NCBI RefSeq assembly: GCF_032116555.1
Contig: NZ_CP134949.1
Coordinates: 2,914,001-2,978,000 of the forward strand
From: Halorarum halobium
GTDB taxonomy: Archaea > Halobacteriota > Halobacteria > Halobacteriales > Haloferacaceae
Reading direction: 5' to 3'
DNA length: 64,000 nt
Shown: positions 30,008 to 39,916 of the stretch, piece after piece
Numbering within the stretch: position 1 is the first letter of the stretch
Layout: every line of letters begins with the position of its first letter
Notes under the pieces: model-generated
What the model was told of the DNA's origin: nothing
Seen by the model: the letters and a program-made list of their open reading frames with translations, nothing else
Databases searched by the model: none
Program-made: the position numbers and the translations under genes

Positions 30008-31720
30008 ATGACTGACGACTCGCCGGCAGAGACGAAACAAGTACCGGATACGCTCCTCTTGGAGGATCACGCAAAGCTGGGACTGAACGCACTCACTGGC
30101 TACGTTGACCAGCGACGGGATCACATGCCCTATTTCTACGCCAATCTGAAGGCTGACCCGGCGAAACTGTGCCACTCCCGATGGGATTACGGTTCGTCCG
30201 TAGGTCGTCTCACATCGTCGTTCGCACTTGCACGAGAGATGACGAAGAGCGACGACGGGGCAGACGTGGAGGAGCGCCTCCGTGAGAAGCTCCTCGATTT
30301 CTTCGAGGATGACGGTCTCAACTATCGCCAGGGGTCGGAATCGTACGAAAAGGTCGCGAACATGCACGACCAACGCTCAGTGCTTCTCGGTCTGGTTGGG
30401 TGGGCCCTTTCAACCGACAGCGAGGAACCCCGTGAGGCCGCCGCAGATCTCTGTGCCGGTCTCAAGCGGATCGCAGAGAAGGGGAACAATCACGATGTCG
30501 ACAAGGATGACTTCTGGTACTTCCCTTCGGCCGAACATCCCCGTGGCGGCTGGCAAGCCGACGATATGATCTACCTCGGCATGTCGGTCGACCCTGCACA
30601 CACGAGCGCTCGCATGATCGACCCGCTCGTGAAATTTTACGAACTCACGGGCAATCAGGACGCGCTCGATCTGGCAGAAAACTTCGCCCGCCACACCGTC
30701 GAGTACAGTGGCGCCTTCAACGCCGACGGGAGCTTCAACGACGGCCACGAGTTCCGATTCGGTCACTTCCACAGTCGGACGGTCAGTGTCGCGTCCATTG
30801 CCCGCTACGGAGCCATCACCGGTGACGCGTCCTACCTCACTTGGGCGGAGAACATCTACGACTGGATCCTCGATCAGGGGACGGCATTCGGCTGGTTCCC
30901 GGGAGCACTCATCGAGACCAAGGCCCACCACCACGAAACCTGCACCCTCACCGACATCATCGAGATCGGTATCACGCTCGCACGGAACGGGTACGAGGAG
31001 TACTGGGACGACGTCGAGCGCTTCGTCCGAAATCACCTGGTCGAAACGCAACTCACGGAAAACGACTGGATCGTTGAGGGGGAGGAGTCGATGAACGACG
31101 AGGAGTGCGTCTTCACAGACGTTGGAGAGCGCTCGCTCGGGGCGTTTCCGGGATGGGCCGCTCCGCACGATTTCGTCTGTGACGTTGACCACATGAACGA
31201 CATCATGACGTGTTGTGTCGCCTCCGGCGTTCGCGGACTGTTCCTGGCGTGGGACAACGCCGTCACCGACGAAGGAGACCACCTCGCGGTAAATCTGCTC
31301 GTGAACCGCCAAACCGAGCAACTGGACGTCGAAAGTTACCTCCCCCACCACGGACGACTCGAACTCACAGCCAACGTCGATCTTGACGAGGTTCGTGTTC
31401 GCATCCCCCAATGGGCTGAGAATTCGGAGGTGCTGCTCGAGCGGGAGGATGACGAGCAGACCCCCGAATGGCGCGGGACGTTCGTCACCGTTCCCGACCT
31501 GGCAGAGGACGAATCCGTCACGATCACCTTCCCGGTCAAGGAACGGGAATCGACCGAAGCCGCCTGGAATCGTGACTTCGCCGTCGACTGGCGCGGAGAC
31601 TCCGTCCGCTCCATCTCTCCGTCGGGAACGCATTACCCGCTATACGCCGATCGAGAAGTGTACGACGACGTTCCGATGCGAACTGTCTCGACCGACCGTC
31701 GACGGACCTTCAGTTGGTGA
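30008..31720 (+). CDS. GH127/GH146-like glycoside hydrolase (beta-L-arabinofuranosidase/aceric acid hydrolase fold), cytoplasmic
   Basis: GHFH, HETC, E-R...N and CC..SG motifs of Zn/Cys glycosidases, then SYLP..G and VRIPQWA; no signal peptide. Confidence 0.7.
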   Translation: MTDDSPAETKQVPDTLLLEDHAKLGLNALTGYVDQRRDHMPYFYANLKADPAKLCHSRWDYGSSVGRLTSSFALAREMTKSDDGADVEERLREKLLDFFEDDGLNYRQGSESYEKVANMHDQRSVLLGLVGWALSTDSEEPREAAADLCAGLKRIAEKGNNHDVDKDDFWYFPSAEHPRGGWQADDMIYLGMSVDPAHTSARMIDPLVKFYELTGNQDALDLAENFARHTVEYSGAFNADGSFNDGHEFRFGHFHSRTVSVASIARYGAITGDASYLTWAENIYDWILDQGTAFGWFPGALIETKAHHHETCTLTDIIEIGITLARNGYEEYWDDVERFVRNHLVETQLTENDWIVEGEESMNDEECVFTDVGERSLGAFPGWAAPHDFVCDVDHMNDIMTCCVASGVRGLFLAWDNAVTDEGDHLAVNLLVNRQTEQLDVESYLPHHGRLELTANVDLDEVRVRIPQWAENSEVLLEREDDEQTPEWRGTFVTVPDLAEDESVTITFPVKERESTEAAWNRDFAVDWRGDSVRSISPSGTHYPLYADREVYDDVPMRTVSTDRRRTFSW

Positions 31721-31924
31721 ACCGAGTGGATCTGAACGGACTCCCTCCAGTGGGGCCGGAGTCGCGATCTGTGGCCGTCCACTGATCCATTGCCACCTGT
31801 TCTGTCTCTCACAGCACACGGAACCCCCCGTCGTGAGTACCGGTGAAGAAATAGCAAGCAATCCGAATATTTATGAACGGTCATAATACTTATATGGGTT
31901 GCTATAGAGTACCAAGATGTAGCC

Positions 31925-33316
31925 ATGCAAGAGGATTCACCTCTTAGTCGACGTAGAGCACTGCAGGCAATGGTTGCCACGGGGGTTCCACTGGCCGCCG
32001 GTTGTCTCGGCGGAGGCGACGGCACCGAGACGCCCGACAGTTCCGGTGGAGGTTCAAACAGTGACGGCAACGGCGAATCGGATTCGAATGACAATCAAGG
32101 AGGCAACTCCAACACGGAGATCAACTTCTGGGCGAAAGAACCCTCTCTCGAGGAGTTTATCCGGGAGCTGGCGAACGATTACGATGGGGCGCAGGTGGAC
32201 ACCAGTATCGTCCCCGAAGCTGACCTCGCCACGGAACTCAACTCCGCCCGGGCGGCGAACACCCTTCCGAACGTCGTTCAGTCCGCGATGGTGACGGGCC
32301 AGTTGATGGTGGAAAACGACATCACCGCGAACGAGCAGGCGACCCAGATCATCGAGGATCTGGGGGAAGACGACTTTTACGATCAGGCGCTCGCTCTCGT
32401 CAGCGCACCTGACGGTGGGTACTTCTCCGTCCCACACAGTATCGACATTCAGACGCTCGGGTGGCGAACGAGCAAGTTCGAGGAGGTCGGTCTCTCGGAA
32501 CCGCCGACGTCGTGGGAAGGGATCGAGGCCGCAGCCGAAGCCTTCCACGATCCAGACAATGACGAGTACGGGATCGGGATCGGAAGCGCCCACCACCGCT
32601 TCACTCGGCAGTGTTTTCAGCCGATCGCGCTCTCGAACGGCGCGCGCGTGTTCAACGAGGACGGCGAGATCATCTTCGACAATCCGGAGATGGTCGAGGC
32701 GATCGAGTTCTACGCGATGCTCCAGAGCGAATACGGTATCCCCGGCGATCACGACCACGTGCCGGTGTTCAACGCCTACGTGGACGAAACCATTCACTTC
32801 CTGTCCTTCTCGTCGTACATCCTCGGGTTGATCACCGACAACGGTGGCGAAGAGATGGCGCGTGACACGAATGCTGCGTTCACGCACAGCTCCAGCAACG
32901 GTGAGGCGGCCGCGGGTAACGCGACGCTGTTCACCGTCTTGGACTCGAACGCACAATCCCAACTCACCGCCTCCGAGGGCTTCGTCGAGTACATGTACAC
33001 GGGCGATGCGTACGTGGAGTGGCTGCACGACAACCTGGGCGCGTTCGGTCCGACACGCAAGTCGGTCTTCGAGAGCGACGCCTACCAGGACCACGACAAC
33101 TGGGACATCTGGGAAGAGGATCTGCAGGAGCGACAAGAGGTAATGGATTCGACGCTCCAACGGTTCGGCATCGTTAACGGAACACCCCAGACTGGGATCG
33201 GCGCTATCACGAGCCAACTCCTGATCGCCGAAGCGGTCAGTCGAGCCATCGACGGCGAAAACGCGAGCGACGTCGCTTCAGAAGTTGCAGACAAGATGCG
33301 AAACGCTATAGAATAA
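31925..33316 (+). CDS. Carbohydrate ABC transporter substrate-binding lipoprotein
   Basis: Tat SRRRAL, lipobox AAGC, Ser/Gly/Asn linker, PPTSWE motif of family 1 SBPs. Confidence 0.92.
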   Translation: MQEDSPLSRRRALQAMVATGVPLAAGCLGGGDGTETPDSSGGGSNSDGNGESDSNDNQGGNSNTEINFWAKEPSLEEFIRELANDYDGAQVDTSIVPEADLATELNSARAANTLPNVVQSAMVTGQLMVENDITANEQATQIIEDLGEDDFYDQALALVSAPDGGYFSVPHSIDIQTLGWRTSKFEEVGLSEPPTSWEGIEAAAEAFHDPDNDEYGIGIGSAHHRFTRQCFQPIALSNGARVFNEDGEIIFDNPEMVEAIEFYAMLQSEYGIPGDHDHVPVFNAYVDETIHFLSFSSYILGLITDNGGEEMARDTNAAFTHSSSNGEAAAGNATLFTVLDSNAQSQLTASEGFVEYMYTGDAYVEWLHDNLGAFGPTRKSVFESDAYQDHDNWDIWEEDLQERQEVMDSTLQRFGIVNGTPQTGIGAITSQLLIAEAVSRAIDGENASDVASEVADKMRNAIE

Positions 33317-33339
33317 AGACGTCCTCCCCCTATACTGCA

Positions 33340-34254
33340 ATGAACCTTATTACAAACGCGTTTCCGGTACTCGGAATCAGAAATCCGCGGAACATGACGA
33401 TCGAGGAAAAAGAGAAGTTCCTCGGTTATGCGCTCATCCTTCCGTCCATCCTCCTGGTGGGGATCGTGATCATCTACCCCCTGGTGTTCAACGCGTACCT
33501 CAGTTTTACCGAGGTGCCGTTGAACCCGGCAGAGTCACCAACGTGGGTGGGACTCTCGAACTATGACTCGCTCCTCCAGAGTTCCCAGTTCTGGGATTCA
33601 TTCAAAACGACGATCATCTTCACGTTCTTCTCGGACCTGTTCGCGCTGCTGATCGGATTAGCTGCCGGACTGCTGCTTCGGCGACAGTTTCGGGGAAGGC
33701 GGTTCGTCAGAGGACTCGTCCTGCTACCGTTCATCACGCCGGTGATCGCAGTGACGTTCACCTGGCAGTGGATGTTCGAACCCGTATACGGCGTCTTCAC
33801 GATGTTGTACACCACCCTCACCGGTGCGTCGACAGCTCCTGATATTCTCGGTCAAAGCGACACTGCGGTGTGGGTCGTTATCCTCTACAGCTCGTGGCGG
33901 TATTACCCGTTCGCCTTCCTGATGTTGATCGCCCGTCTCCAGGCGATTCCCGGGGAAATGTATGAAGCGGCGAAGATCGACGGGGCCAGTCGTTTCTCAC
34001 AGTTCAAGGACATCACGTTTCCCGAGATCAAGTACATCCTCGGAACCATCTTCATCCTCCGGTGGGTGTGGAACTTCAACACGTACGCGGACGTCTGGCT
34101 CGTCTCAAGCGAGGTGACGACACTGCCCATCTTCACCTATCAAACCGCATTCTCGACCTTCGAACAGGGCATGGCATCGGCCATCTCAATGATCCTGTTC
34201 GTGTTCTTGATGATCTTCGTGTTCGTTTACGTCTCGGTGGTGATAGAATGGTAA
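33340..34254 (+). CDS. Carbohydrate ABC transporter permease
   Basis: WVGLSNY, LQAIPGEMYEAAKIDGAS (EAA motif); start may be 33394. Confidence 0.93.
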   Translation: MNLITNAFPVLGIRNPRNMTIEEKEKFLGYALILPSILLVGIVIIYPLVFNAYLSFTEVPLNPAESPTWVGLSNYDSLLQSSQFWDSFKTTIIFTFFSDLFALLIGLAAGLLLRRQFRGRRFVRGLVLLPFITPVIAVTFTWQWMFEPVYGVFTMLYTTLTGASTAPDILGQSDTAVWVVILYSSWRYYPFAFLMLIARLQAIPGEMYEAAKIDGASRFSQFKDITFPEIKYILGTIFILRWVWNFNTYADVWLVSSEVTTLPIFTYQTAFSTFEQGMASAISMILFVFLMIFVFVYVSVVIEW

Positions 34255-35201
34255 ACGACGACGCCCAGACGGACGGGGGCCGATCGATCGAGGACGGATC
34301 GCCCCTCGCGACAGTACTCCACAACACCAGGTCCGCGTTCGCCATGGTGTTCAAGCGCCAGAGCATCGAGCAAAGCATCTGGGAGAAACTGGCGTTCTAC
34401 GCCGGAATCGTGGGCTTGCTCGTGTTCACGCTGTTCCCGTTCTACGTGATGCTCCTGACGAGCATTACCTCGAGTGCCGAACTCTACTCGATTCCGTTCG
34501 ACATCGTCCCGGAGACGTACACACTCGACCACTACAGCTACGTCCTGCTGTCCGAGGATTTCCCGTTCCTCACCTACTTCACCAACTCGTTCATCGTCGC
34601 CTCGGTAACGAGTGGTCTGGCGGTGATCGTCGCGACGTTCGGCGGGTATAGCTTCGCCCGACTCGACTATCCGGGACGGAAACTCATCGCTCGCCTCGTG
34701 TTGGTCGTCTACCTCTTCGGCGGGATCGTCCTCGTCGTCCCGCTCTTTCGCGTGATCGCCGCACTGGGCCTCATCGACACGCTGGGCAGTCTGATGATCA
34801 CCTATCTCGTCATCGTCTTACCGCTATCACTGTATCTCCTGGGGAACTACTTCAGGAGCATCCCCGAGGAGATAGAGGAGGCGGCCTTGGTCGACGGCTA
34901 CTCGCGATTGGAGACGATTTTCTACATTACGCTCCCGCTTAGCGCACCCGCAATCGTCGCCGTGTTCCTGTTCGCGTTCATCATCGCGTGGAACGATTAC
35001 TTGTTCGCGAGCATCTTCCTCGACTCCCCCGAGAAGTACACCCTCATCATCGGGGTCGAGTATCTGAACGTCCAGTACACGCGGGTTTGGGGTCGAATCA
35101 TGGCGGCATCGGTGGCGACGAGCGCCCCGATCATCGTCTTCTTCCTCTACCTGGAGAAGTACCTCGTCGAAGGACTTACCACCGGGGGAGTGGAGGGCTA
35201 A
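34248..35201 (+). CDS. Carbohydrate ABC transporter permease
   Basis: Start MVNDD at 34248 overlapping the upstream stop; IPEEIEEAALVDG, AWNDYLFA. Confidence 0.92.
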   Translation: MVNDDAQTDGGRSIEDGSPLATVLHNTRSAFAMVFKRQSIEQSIWEKLAFYAGIVGLLVFTLFPFYVMLLTSITSSAELYSIPFDIVPETYTLDHYSYVLLSEDFPFLTYFTNSFIVASVTSGLAVIVATFGGYSFARLDYPGRKLIARLVLVVYLFGGIVLVVPLFRVIAALGLIDTLGSLMITYLVIVLPLSLYLLGNYFRSIPEEIEEAALVDGYSRLETIFYITLPLSAPAIVAVFLFAFIIAWNDYLFASIFLDSPEKYTLIIGVEYLNVQYTRVWGRIMAASVATSAPIIVFFLYLEKYLVEGLTTGGVEG

Positions 35202-35205
35202 TCAA

Positions 35206-36372
35206 ATGAGCGAGGAGAAACACCAGTCCACGTTGCTCCAAGAACGGGACGGTGATGCATTCGAGTCGGGTGAGAGTGCCGCCGTCGAACTCGCTGACGT
35301 CAGGAAAGAGTACGGAGACATCGTCGCAGTCGACGACATCGATCTCCGGATCGAACCGACCGAGTTTTTCGTGTTACTCGGCCCGTCCGGCTGTGGCAAG
35401 ACGACCACCCTCCGAATGGTCGCCGGGCTCGAAACACCGACTAGTGGTCGTATCTCGATCGGGGACGAGGAGGTCACTGACATGCTCCCCCGCCACCGTG
35501 ACATCTCGATGGTGTTCCAGAGTTACGCGCTGTATCCACACAAGACCGTCAAGGAGAACCTCCGGTTTCCATTGAACAAGATGGATCTCTCGTCGGCCGA
35601 GAAAGCCGACCGAATCGCTGCAACGGCGGAGATGCTCGAGATAGACGACCTCCTCGAAAAAACTCCAGGGCAGTTGAGCGGCGGACAACGACAACGCGTC
35701 GCCGTCGGTCGGACCGTCGTCAGGGAACCGAGTGTATTCCTGATGGATGAACCGCTGAGCAACCTTGATGCCAAACTACGCGTCCAGACCAGGAGCGAAC
35801 TGCGACAACTCCAGCAGGAACTCGAGACGACCACGCTGTACGTGACCCACGACCAGGAGGAGGCGATGAGTCTCGCCGACCGGATGGCGATCATGAACGA
35901 CGGCGACATTGAACAGGTCGGGACGCCCCAAGAGATCTACGAGTCGCCGACGAACGCGTTCGTCGCTGGCTTCCTCGGGGAACCCGCAATTAACTTCCTC
36001 CCCGTGACCGATCGGACCGGAGGCAAGATCGTCGTCGGGAGCCTTCCCACAGGCGTGTTCGGAGATACGTTCCCGGTGGAGACAGAGCGGTTCGGCATCC
36101 GGCCAGAAGACATCGACGTCCTGGACTCCATGGACGGCGAGTGGGAAGACGTCGACGGGAAGAGCGCTCCCGTGGAGTTCACGGTACGATTCATCGAACC
36201 GCTCGGGAACTCATACGAAATCGAACTCACGAGAGAGGAAACCTCGTTGAAGGCTCACACTGTCGATCTGCCCGCCTCCGTCGAAGAGGGCTCGACAGTT
36301 CCGATCGTCTTCGACCTGCAGAACGTGCTCGCCTTCGATGCGAACGGCGATACCATCACTACGGAGGAATAA
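35206..36372 (+). CDS. Sugar ABC transporter ATP-binding protein (MalK type)
   Basis: GPSGCGKT, MVFQSYALYPH, LSGGQRQR, DEPLSNLDAKLR. Confidence 0.94.
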   Translation: MSEEKHQSTLLQERDGDAFESGESAAVELADVRKEYGDIVAVDDIDLRIEPTEFFVLLGPSGCGKTTTLRMVAGLETPTSGRISIGDEEVTDMLPRHRDISMVFQSYALYPHKTVKENLRFPLNKMDLSSAEKADRIAATAEMLEIDDLLEKTPGQLSGGQRQRVAVGRTVVREPSVFLMDEPLSNLDAKLRVQTRSELRQLQQELETTTLYVTHDQEEAMSLADRMAIMNDGDIEQVGTPQEIYESPTNAFVAGFLGEPAINFLPVTDRTGGKIVVGSLPTGVFGDTFPVETERFGIRPEDIDVLDSMDGEWEDVDGKSAPVEFTVRFIEPLGNSYEIELTREETSLKAHTVDLPASVEEGSTVPIVFDLQNVLAFDANGDTITTEE

Positions 36373-36375
36373 TCC

Positions 36376-37518
36376 ATGGCGAACGTCACTCTCGACGGGA
36401 TCACAAAGATCTACGACGACGCGAAAGGGACGGAAAGGGCGGTAGACGACATATCACTGGCGGTCGACGAGGGAGAACTCCTCGTGCTCGTCGGCCCGAG
36501 CGGTTGTGGAAAGAGTACGACGCTCCGGTTGATAGCCGGCCTCGAGGCCGTGAGTCAGGGGGCTATCGAGTTCGATGAATCCGAGGTCCAGACGCTGACC
36601 CCGAGCGACCGGAACGTCGCAATGGTGTTCCAGAACTACGCGCTCTATACGAAGATGACCGGCGAGCAGAACATCGAGTACGGGTTGAAACACTCGATGG
36701 ACATCCCGGAATCGGAACGGAAACGGCACGTTCACGAGACCGCTGAACTCCTCGGTATCGATGATCTCCTCGACGACCTGCCCGCAGAGATGAGTGGCGG
36801 ACAGAAACAACGAATCGCGCTCGCCAGAGCCATCGTTCGCGACCCTGCCGTGTTCTTGCTGGACGAACCGCTGAGTAACCTCGATGCGAAGCGGCGTGCC
36901 CAGATGCGGACCGAAGTCCAGCGAATTCACGAGGAGATCGATGTAGCCACGATCTACGTGACCCACGACCAGAAGGAGGCTATGACGATGGCCGATCGCC
37001 TCGCCGTCATGAACGACGGGGAAATCGAACAAATCGCACCCCCTGAGGAGGCCTATGACGACCCGAACAACCGCTTTGTCGCCACGTTCCTGGGTAGTCC
37101 GGCGATGAATGTTCTCGAGTGTGAAACGGAGCGACGTGGCGAGGAGGTGCAGTTGATCAGTTCGGCGAACAAGCGACCACTCCAGCACCTCCCGCGGGAA
37201 CTGGTCCCGGAGGAGTACGACCGGAGTCACCTCGACGTCGGTTTGCGCCCGGAGGACCTCAAGTTATCCACGGACACCAACGAGTACCCCGCGAACGCCG
37301 AAGTCGTCGTCTCCGAGTACCAGGGGAAGGAGAACTTCGTCTACCTCGACTTCGACGGCATCGAGTTGACCGTCCGAACCGGCGACGGTACCGATCTGCG
37401 GCAAGGAATGACGGTGAGTTTCACCGTCGCGCCGGCGAACGTCTACCTCTTCGACCCCGATTCGGGAACGTCCCTGAAGACGCGCTCAGCCGTGCGGGAA
37501 CCGGCGATCGTCGACTGA
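36376..37518 (+). CDS. Second sugar ABC transporter ATP-binding protein (MalK type)
   Basis: GPSGCGKS, MVFQNYALY, MSGGQKQR, DEPLSNLDAK. Confidence 0.94.
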   Translation: MANVTLDGITKIYDDAKGTERAVDDISLAVDEGELLVLVGPSGCGKSTTLRLIAGLEAVSQGAIEFDESEVQTLTPSDRNVAMVFQNYALYTKMTGEQNIEYGLKHSMDIPESERKRHVHETAELLGIDDLLDDLPAEMSGGQKQRIALARAIVRDPAVFLLDEPLSNLDAKRRAQMRTEVQRIHEEIDVATIYVTHDQKEAMTMADRLAVMNDGEIEQIAPPEEAYDDPNNRFVATFLGSPAMNVLECETERRGEEVQLISSANKRPLQHLPRELVPEEYDRSHLDVGLRPEDLKLSTDTNEYPANAEVVVSEYQGKENFVYLDFDGIELTVRTGDGTDLRQGMTVSFTVAPANVYLFDPDSGTSLKTRSAVREPAIVD

Positions 37519-37888
37519 TCGAACGATGATGGCTCAGTTTCGAAGGTTCGGCGTTACTGAGACGCACCCATAACTGAGTCAGGATCCTTCCTCGACGCCG
37601 AAGAAACCGTCGCGACGACCGGTCGCGAACTGCTCCACGAGGCACTCATTTTCGGGAGCGGCGGGACCGTGCGTGTCCAAGACGGCGATCGGTCGCCGTC
37701 AATCCCTCTTGATCCATACGCGGATGTCACACCCGAGGACGCCCCTGCGCCCGGATTCAGTACCGGACACGTGCCATCGGCGACCCGGCAGTGCGAGACG
37801 ACGCCGTCGCCGAGTCGTCGACGACGTTCACCAAGAATACGGACAGTAGCAATTCTTATCACCCTCCGTCGAGACCAGAAAACGTCAC

Positions 37889-38548
37889 ATGAGCAGTGTA
37901 TGCTTCTTCCACACGGGAGCAGTGCTAACGGAGACGTTCGACGAACTAGCATCGGAATACATTCCGGACACCGAGTACTACCACATGGTAGACGAAAGCG
38001 TCATCGACGAGTTGCTCTCGGAGGGCGCGTTGACGCCCGGGATCACACAACGGATCTGCTCACAACTCACGCTCGCCGAGCAGGCGGGGGCGGACGTCGT
38101 CCTTGATACCTGCTCGAGCACATCCCCCGCGGTGAACGTGGCCCGGCAAATCGTCGATATTCCGATCGTCAAGATAGACGATCCGATGACGGAACGGGCA
38201 GTCGAAGTCGGTGACCGGATCGCAGTGATCGCGACGGCGGCGTCGACACTCGAACCGAGCACTGAACTGGTCGAGCGCAAAGCAGCCCGGACCGACAGAC
38301 CCATCGAGATTCAGTCGTCGCTCGTCGACGACGCGTTCGAAGCACGCCAGAACGGTGAGACGGAGCGTCACGACCGGCTCGTCACCGAACGCGCTCGCGA
38401 GGTCGCGGACGACGTCGACGTGATCGTGCTGGCGCAGGCGTCGATGAGCCACCTCGAGAACGAACTGTCTGAAGAGACTGGCCTGACGGTGCTCTCAAGC
38501 CCCGACTTAGCGATGGAGCGGATCGCAGACATCGCCCACTCGTCGTAG
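37889..38548 (+). CDS. Asp/Glu/hydantoin racemase family protein
   Basis: GADVVLDTCSS, IAVIAT..ST, DVIVLAQASM, VLSSP. Confidence 0.8.
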   Translation: MSSVCFFHTGAVLTETFDELASEYIPDTEYYHMVDESVIDELLSEGALTPGITQRICSQLTLAEQAGADVVLDTCSSTSPAVNVARQIVDIPIVKIDDPMTERAVEVGDRIAVIATAASTLEPSTELVERKAARTDRPIEIQSSLVDDAFEARQNGETERHDRLVTERAREVADDVDVIVLAQASMSHLENELSEETGLTVLSSPDLAMERIADIAHSS

Positions 38549-38653
38549 CGTCCGCGTCCTCCCCGGCTGGACGTGTTATGAACACCGGGCGAAAGCCGCC
38601 AGGATGGTCAAAAGTTATGAGACTCGAATCAGTCATGGAGAGGTATACCACGC

Positions 38654-39916
38654 ATGGAGAGAATTAGGGCCCGCTATCGGATAGAGACACCATATCCACT
38701 CGACGAAGCAGCAGCAGCGATAGCCGGTGAACAGTCCTCGGGAACGTTCGTCGACGTCCCCGCCGAGACGGAGTCGCTCCAGGAACGACACGGCGCCACG
38801 GTCGAGGAGATAACCGAACTCGAAACAGTCGAGGAACCGACCCTCCCTGGCGCACGCACGCCGGCGGAGATCGACGATTCGGACGGGTATCGCCGTGCGG
38901 AAGTCGTCGTCTCGTATCCCGGGGAAAACGTCGGAACGTCGCTCCCGAATCTGGTGACGACTGTGGGCGGAAACCTCTTCGAACTCCGCCATTTCTCCGG
39001 ACTCCGGCTGTTCGACATCGACGTGCCAGCCGCACTGGCAGATGCGTACCCGGGTCCGCAGTTCGGTATCGAGGGCACGCGTGAGATCGTCGACGTGTAC
39101 GACCGGCCGCTCATCGGGACGATCATCAAACCCAGTGTGGGCCTCTCTCCGGCGGAGACCGGTGAGCTCGTCGGGGAGTTGCTAGAGGCGGACCTCGATT
39201 TCATCAAGGACGACGAACTCATCGCAAGCCCGCCGTACTCGCCCGTCAAGGACCGCGTGACCGCGGTGATGGGGGCTATCGACTCGTATCGAGATGAGAC
39301 GGGCAACGAAGTGATGTACGCCTGTAACATTACAGGCGACGTGGACGAGATGCTCGAACGACATGACGCCGTCGTCAACGCGGGCGGCAACTGCGTCATG
39401 GTGAGTATGAACAGCGTGGGGCTGTCTGCACTGACTGAACTCCGCAAGCACGCGGACGTCCCCATTCACGCCCACCGGAACGGCTGGGGTGCACTTTCAC
39501 GCTGTCCCGAACTCGGATACGAATATCAGGCGTATCATCAGTTCTTCCGACTGGCTGGAGCAGACCAGATGCACGTCAACGGCATCCGGAACAAGTTCTG
39601 TGAATCCGACGAGTCCGTGATCAAGTCCGCGAAAGCGGTGCAGACGCCCATCGCGTCGGACGACGACGTCGCGATGCCCGTGTTCTCGTCGGGACAGTGG
39701 GCCGACCAGGCGGCCGATACCCACGAGGCGCTCGGGAACGTCGACTTACTGTACCTCGCCGGCGGCGGCATCCTCGGTCATCCGGACGGTCCCGCGGCGG
39801 GCGTGGATCACCTCAAACAGGGATGGGAGGCCGCCATGAAGGGCATCCCGTTAGACGAACACGCCAAGGACCACCAAGAACTACGCGTGGCCCTCGATCA
39901 CTACGAGAGACGATGA
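38654..39916 (+). CDS. RuBisCO-like protein (form IV); putative 3-oxo-isoapionate-4-phosphate transcarboxylase/hydrolase or decarboxylase
   Basis: AGEQSSGTF, GPQFGIEG, GTIIKPSVG, DFIKDDE, HAHRNG, GGGILGHPDG; translationally coupled to a DUF1537 kinase. Confidence 0.9.
   Translation: MERIRARYRIETPYPLDEAAAAIAGEQSSGTFVDVPAETESLQERHGATVEEITELETVEEPTLPGARTPAEIDDSDGYRRAEVVVSYPGENVGTSLPNLVTTVGGNLFELRHFSGLRLFDIDVPAALADAYPGPQFGIEGTREIVDVYDRPLIGTIIKPSVGLSPAETGELVGELLEADLDFIKDDELIASPPYSPVKDRVTAVMGAIDSYRDETGNEVMYACNITGDVDEMLERHDAVVNAGGNCVMVSMNSVGLSALTELRKHADVPIHAHRNGWGALSRCPELGYEYQAYHQFFRLAGADQMHVNGIRNKFCESDESVIKSAKAVQTPIASDDDVAMPVFSSGQWADQAADTHEALGNVDLLYLAGGGILGHPDGPAAGVDHLKQGWEAAMKGIPLDEHAKDHQELRVALDHYERR

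Noticed and set aside
35206..37518. Two tandem MalK-type ATPases as a novelty
   Set aside because: Paired ATPase genes are common in haloarchaeal sugar ABC operons
38654..39916. CO2-fixing RuBisCO (form III) or methionine-salvage RLP
   Set aside because: The K177-equivalent is Ser (IKPSVG), there are no AMP phosphorylase, ribose-bisphosphate isomerase or mtn genes, and the context (DUF1537 kinase, ApnO-like gene) indicates an acid-sugar RLP
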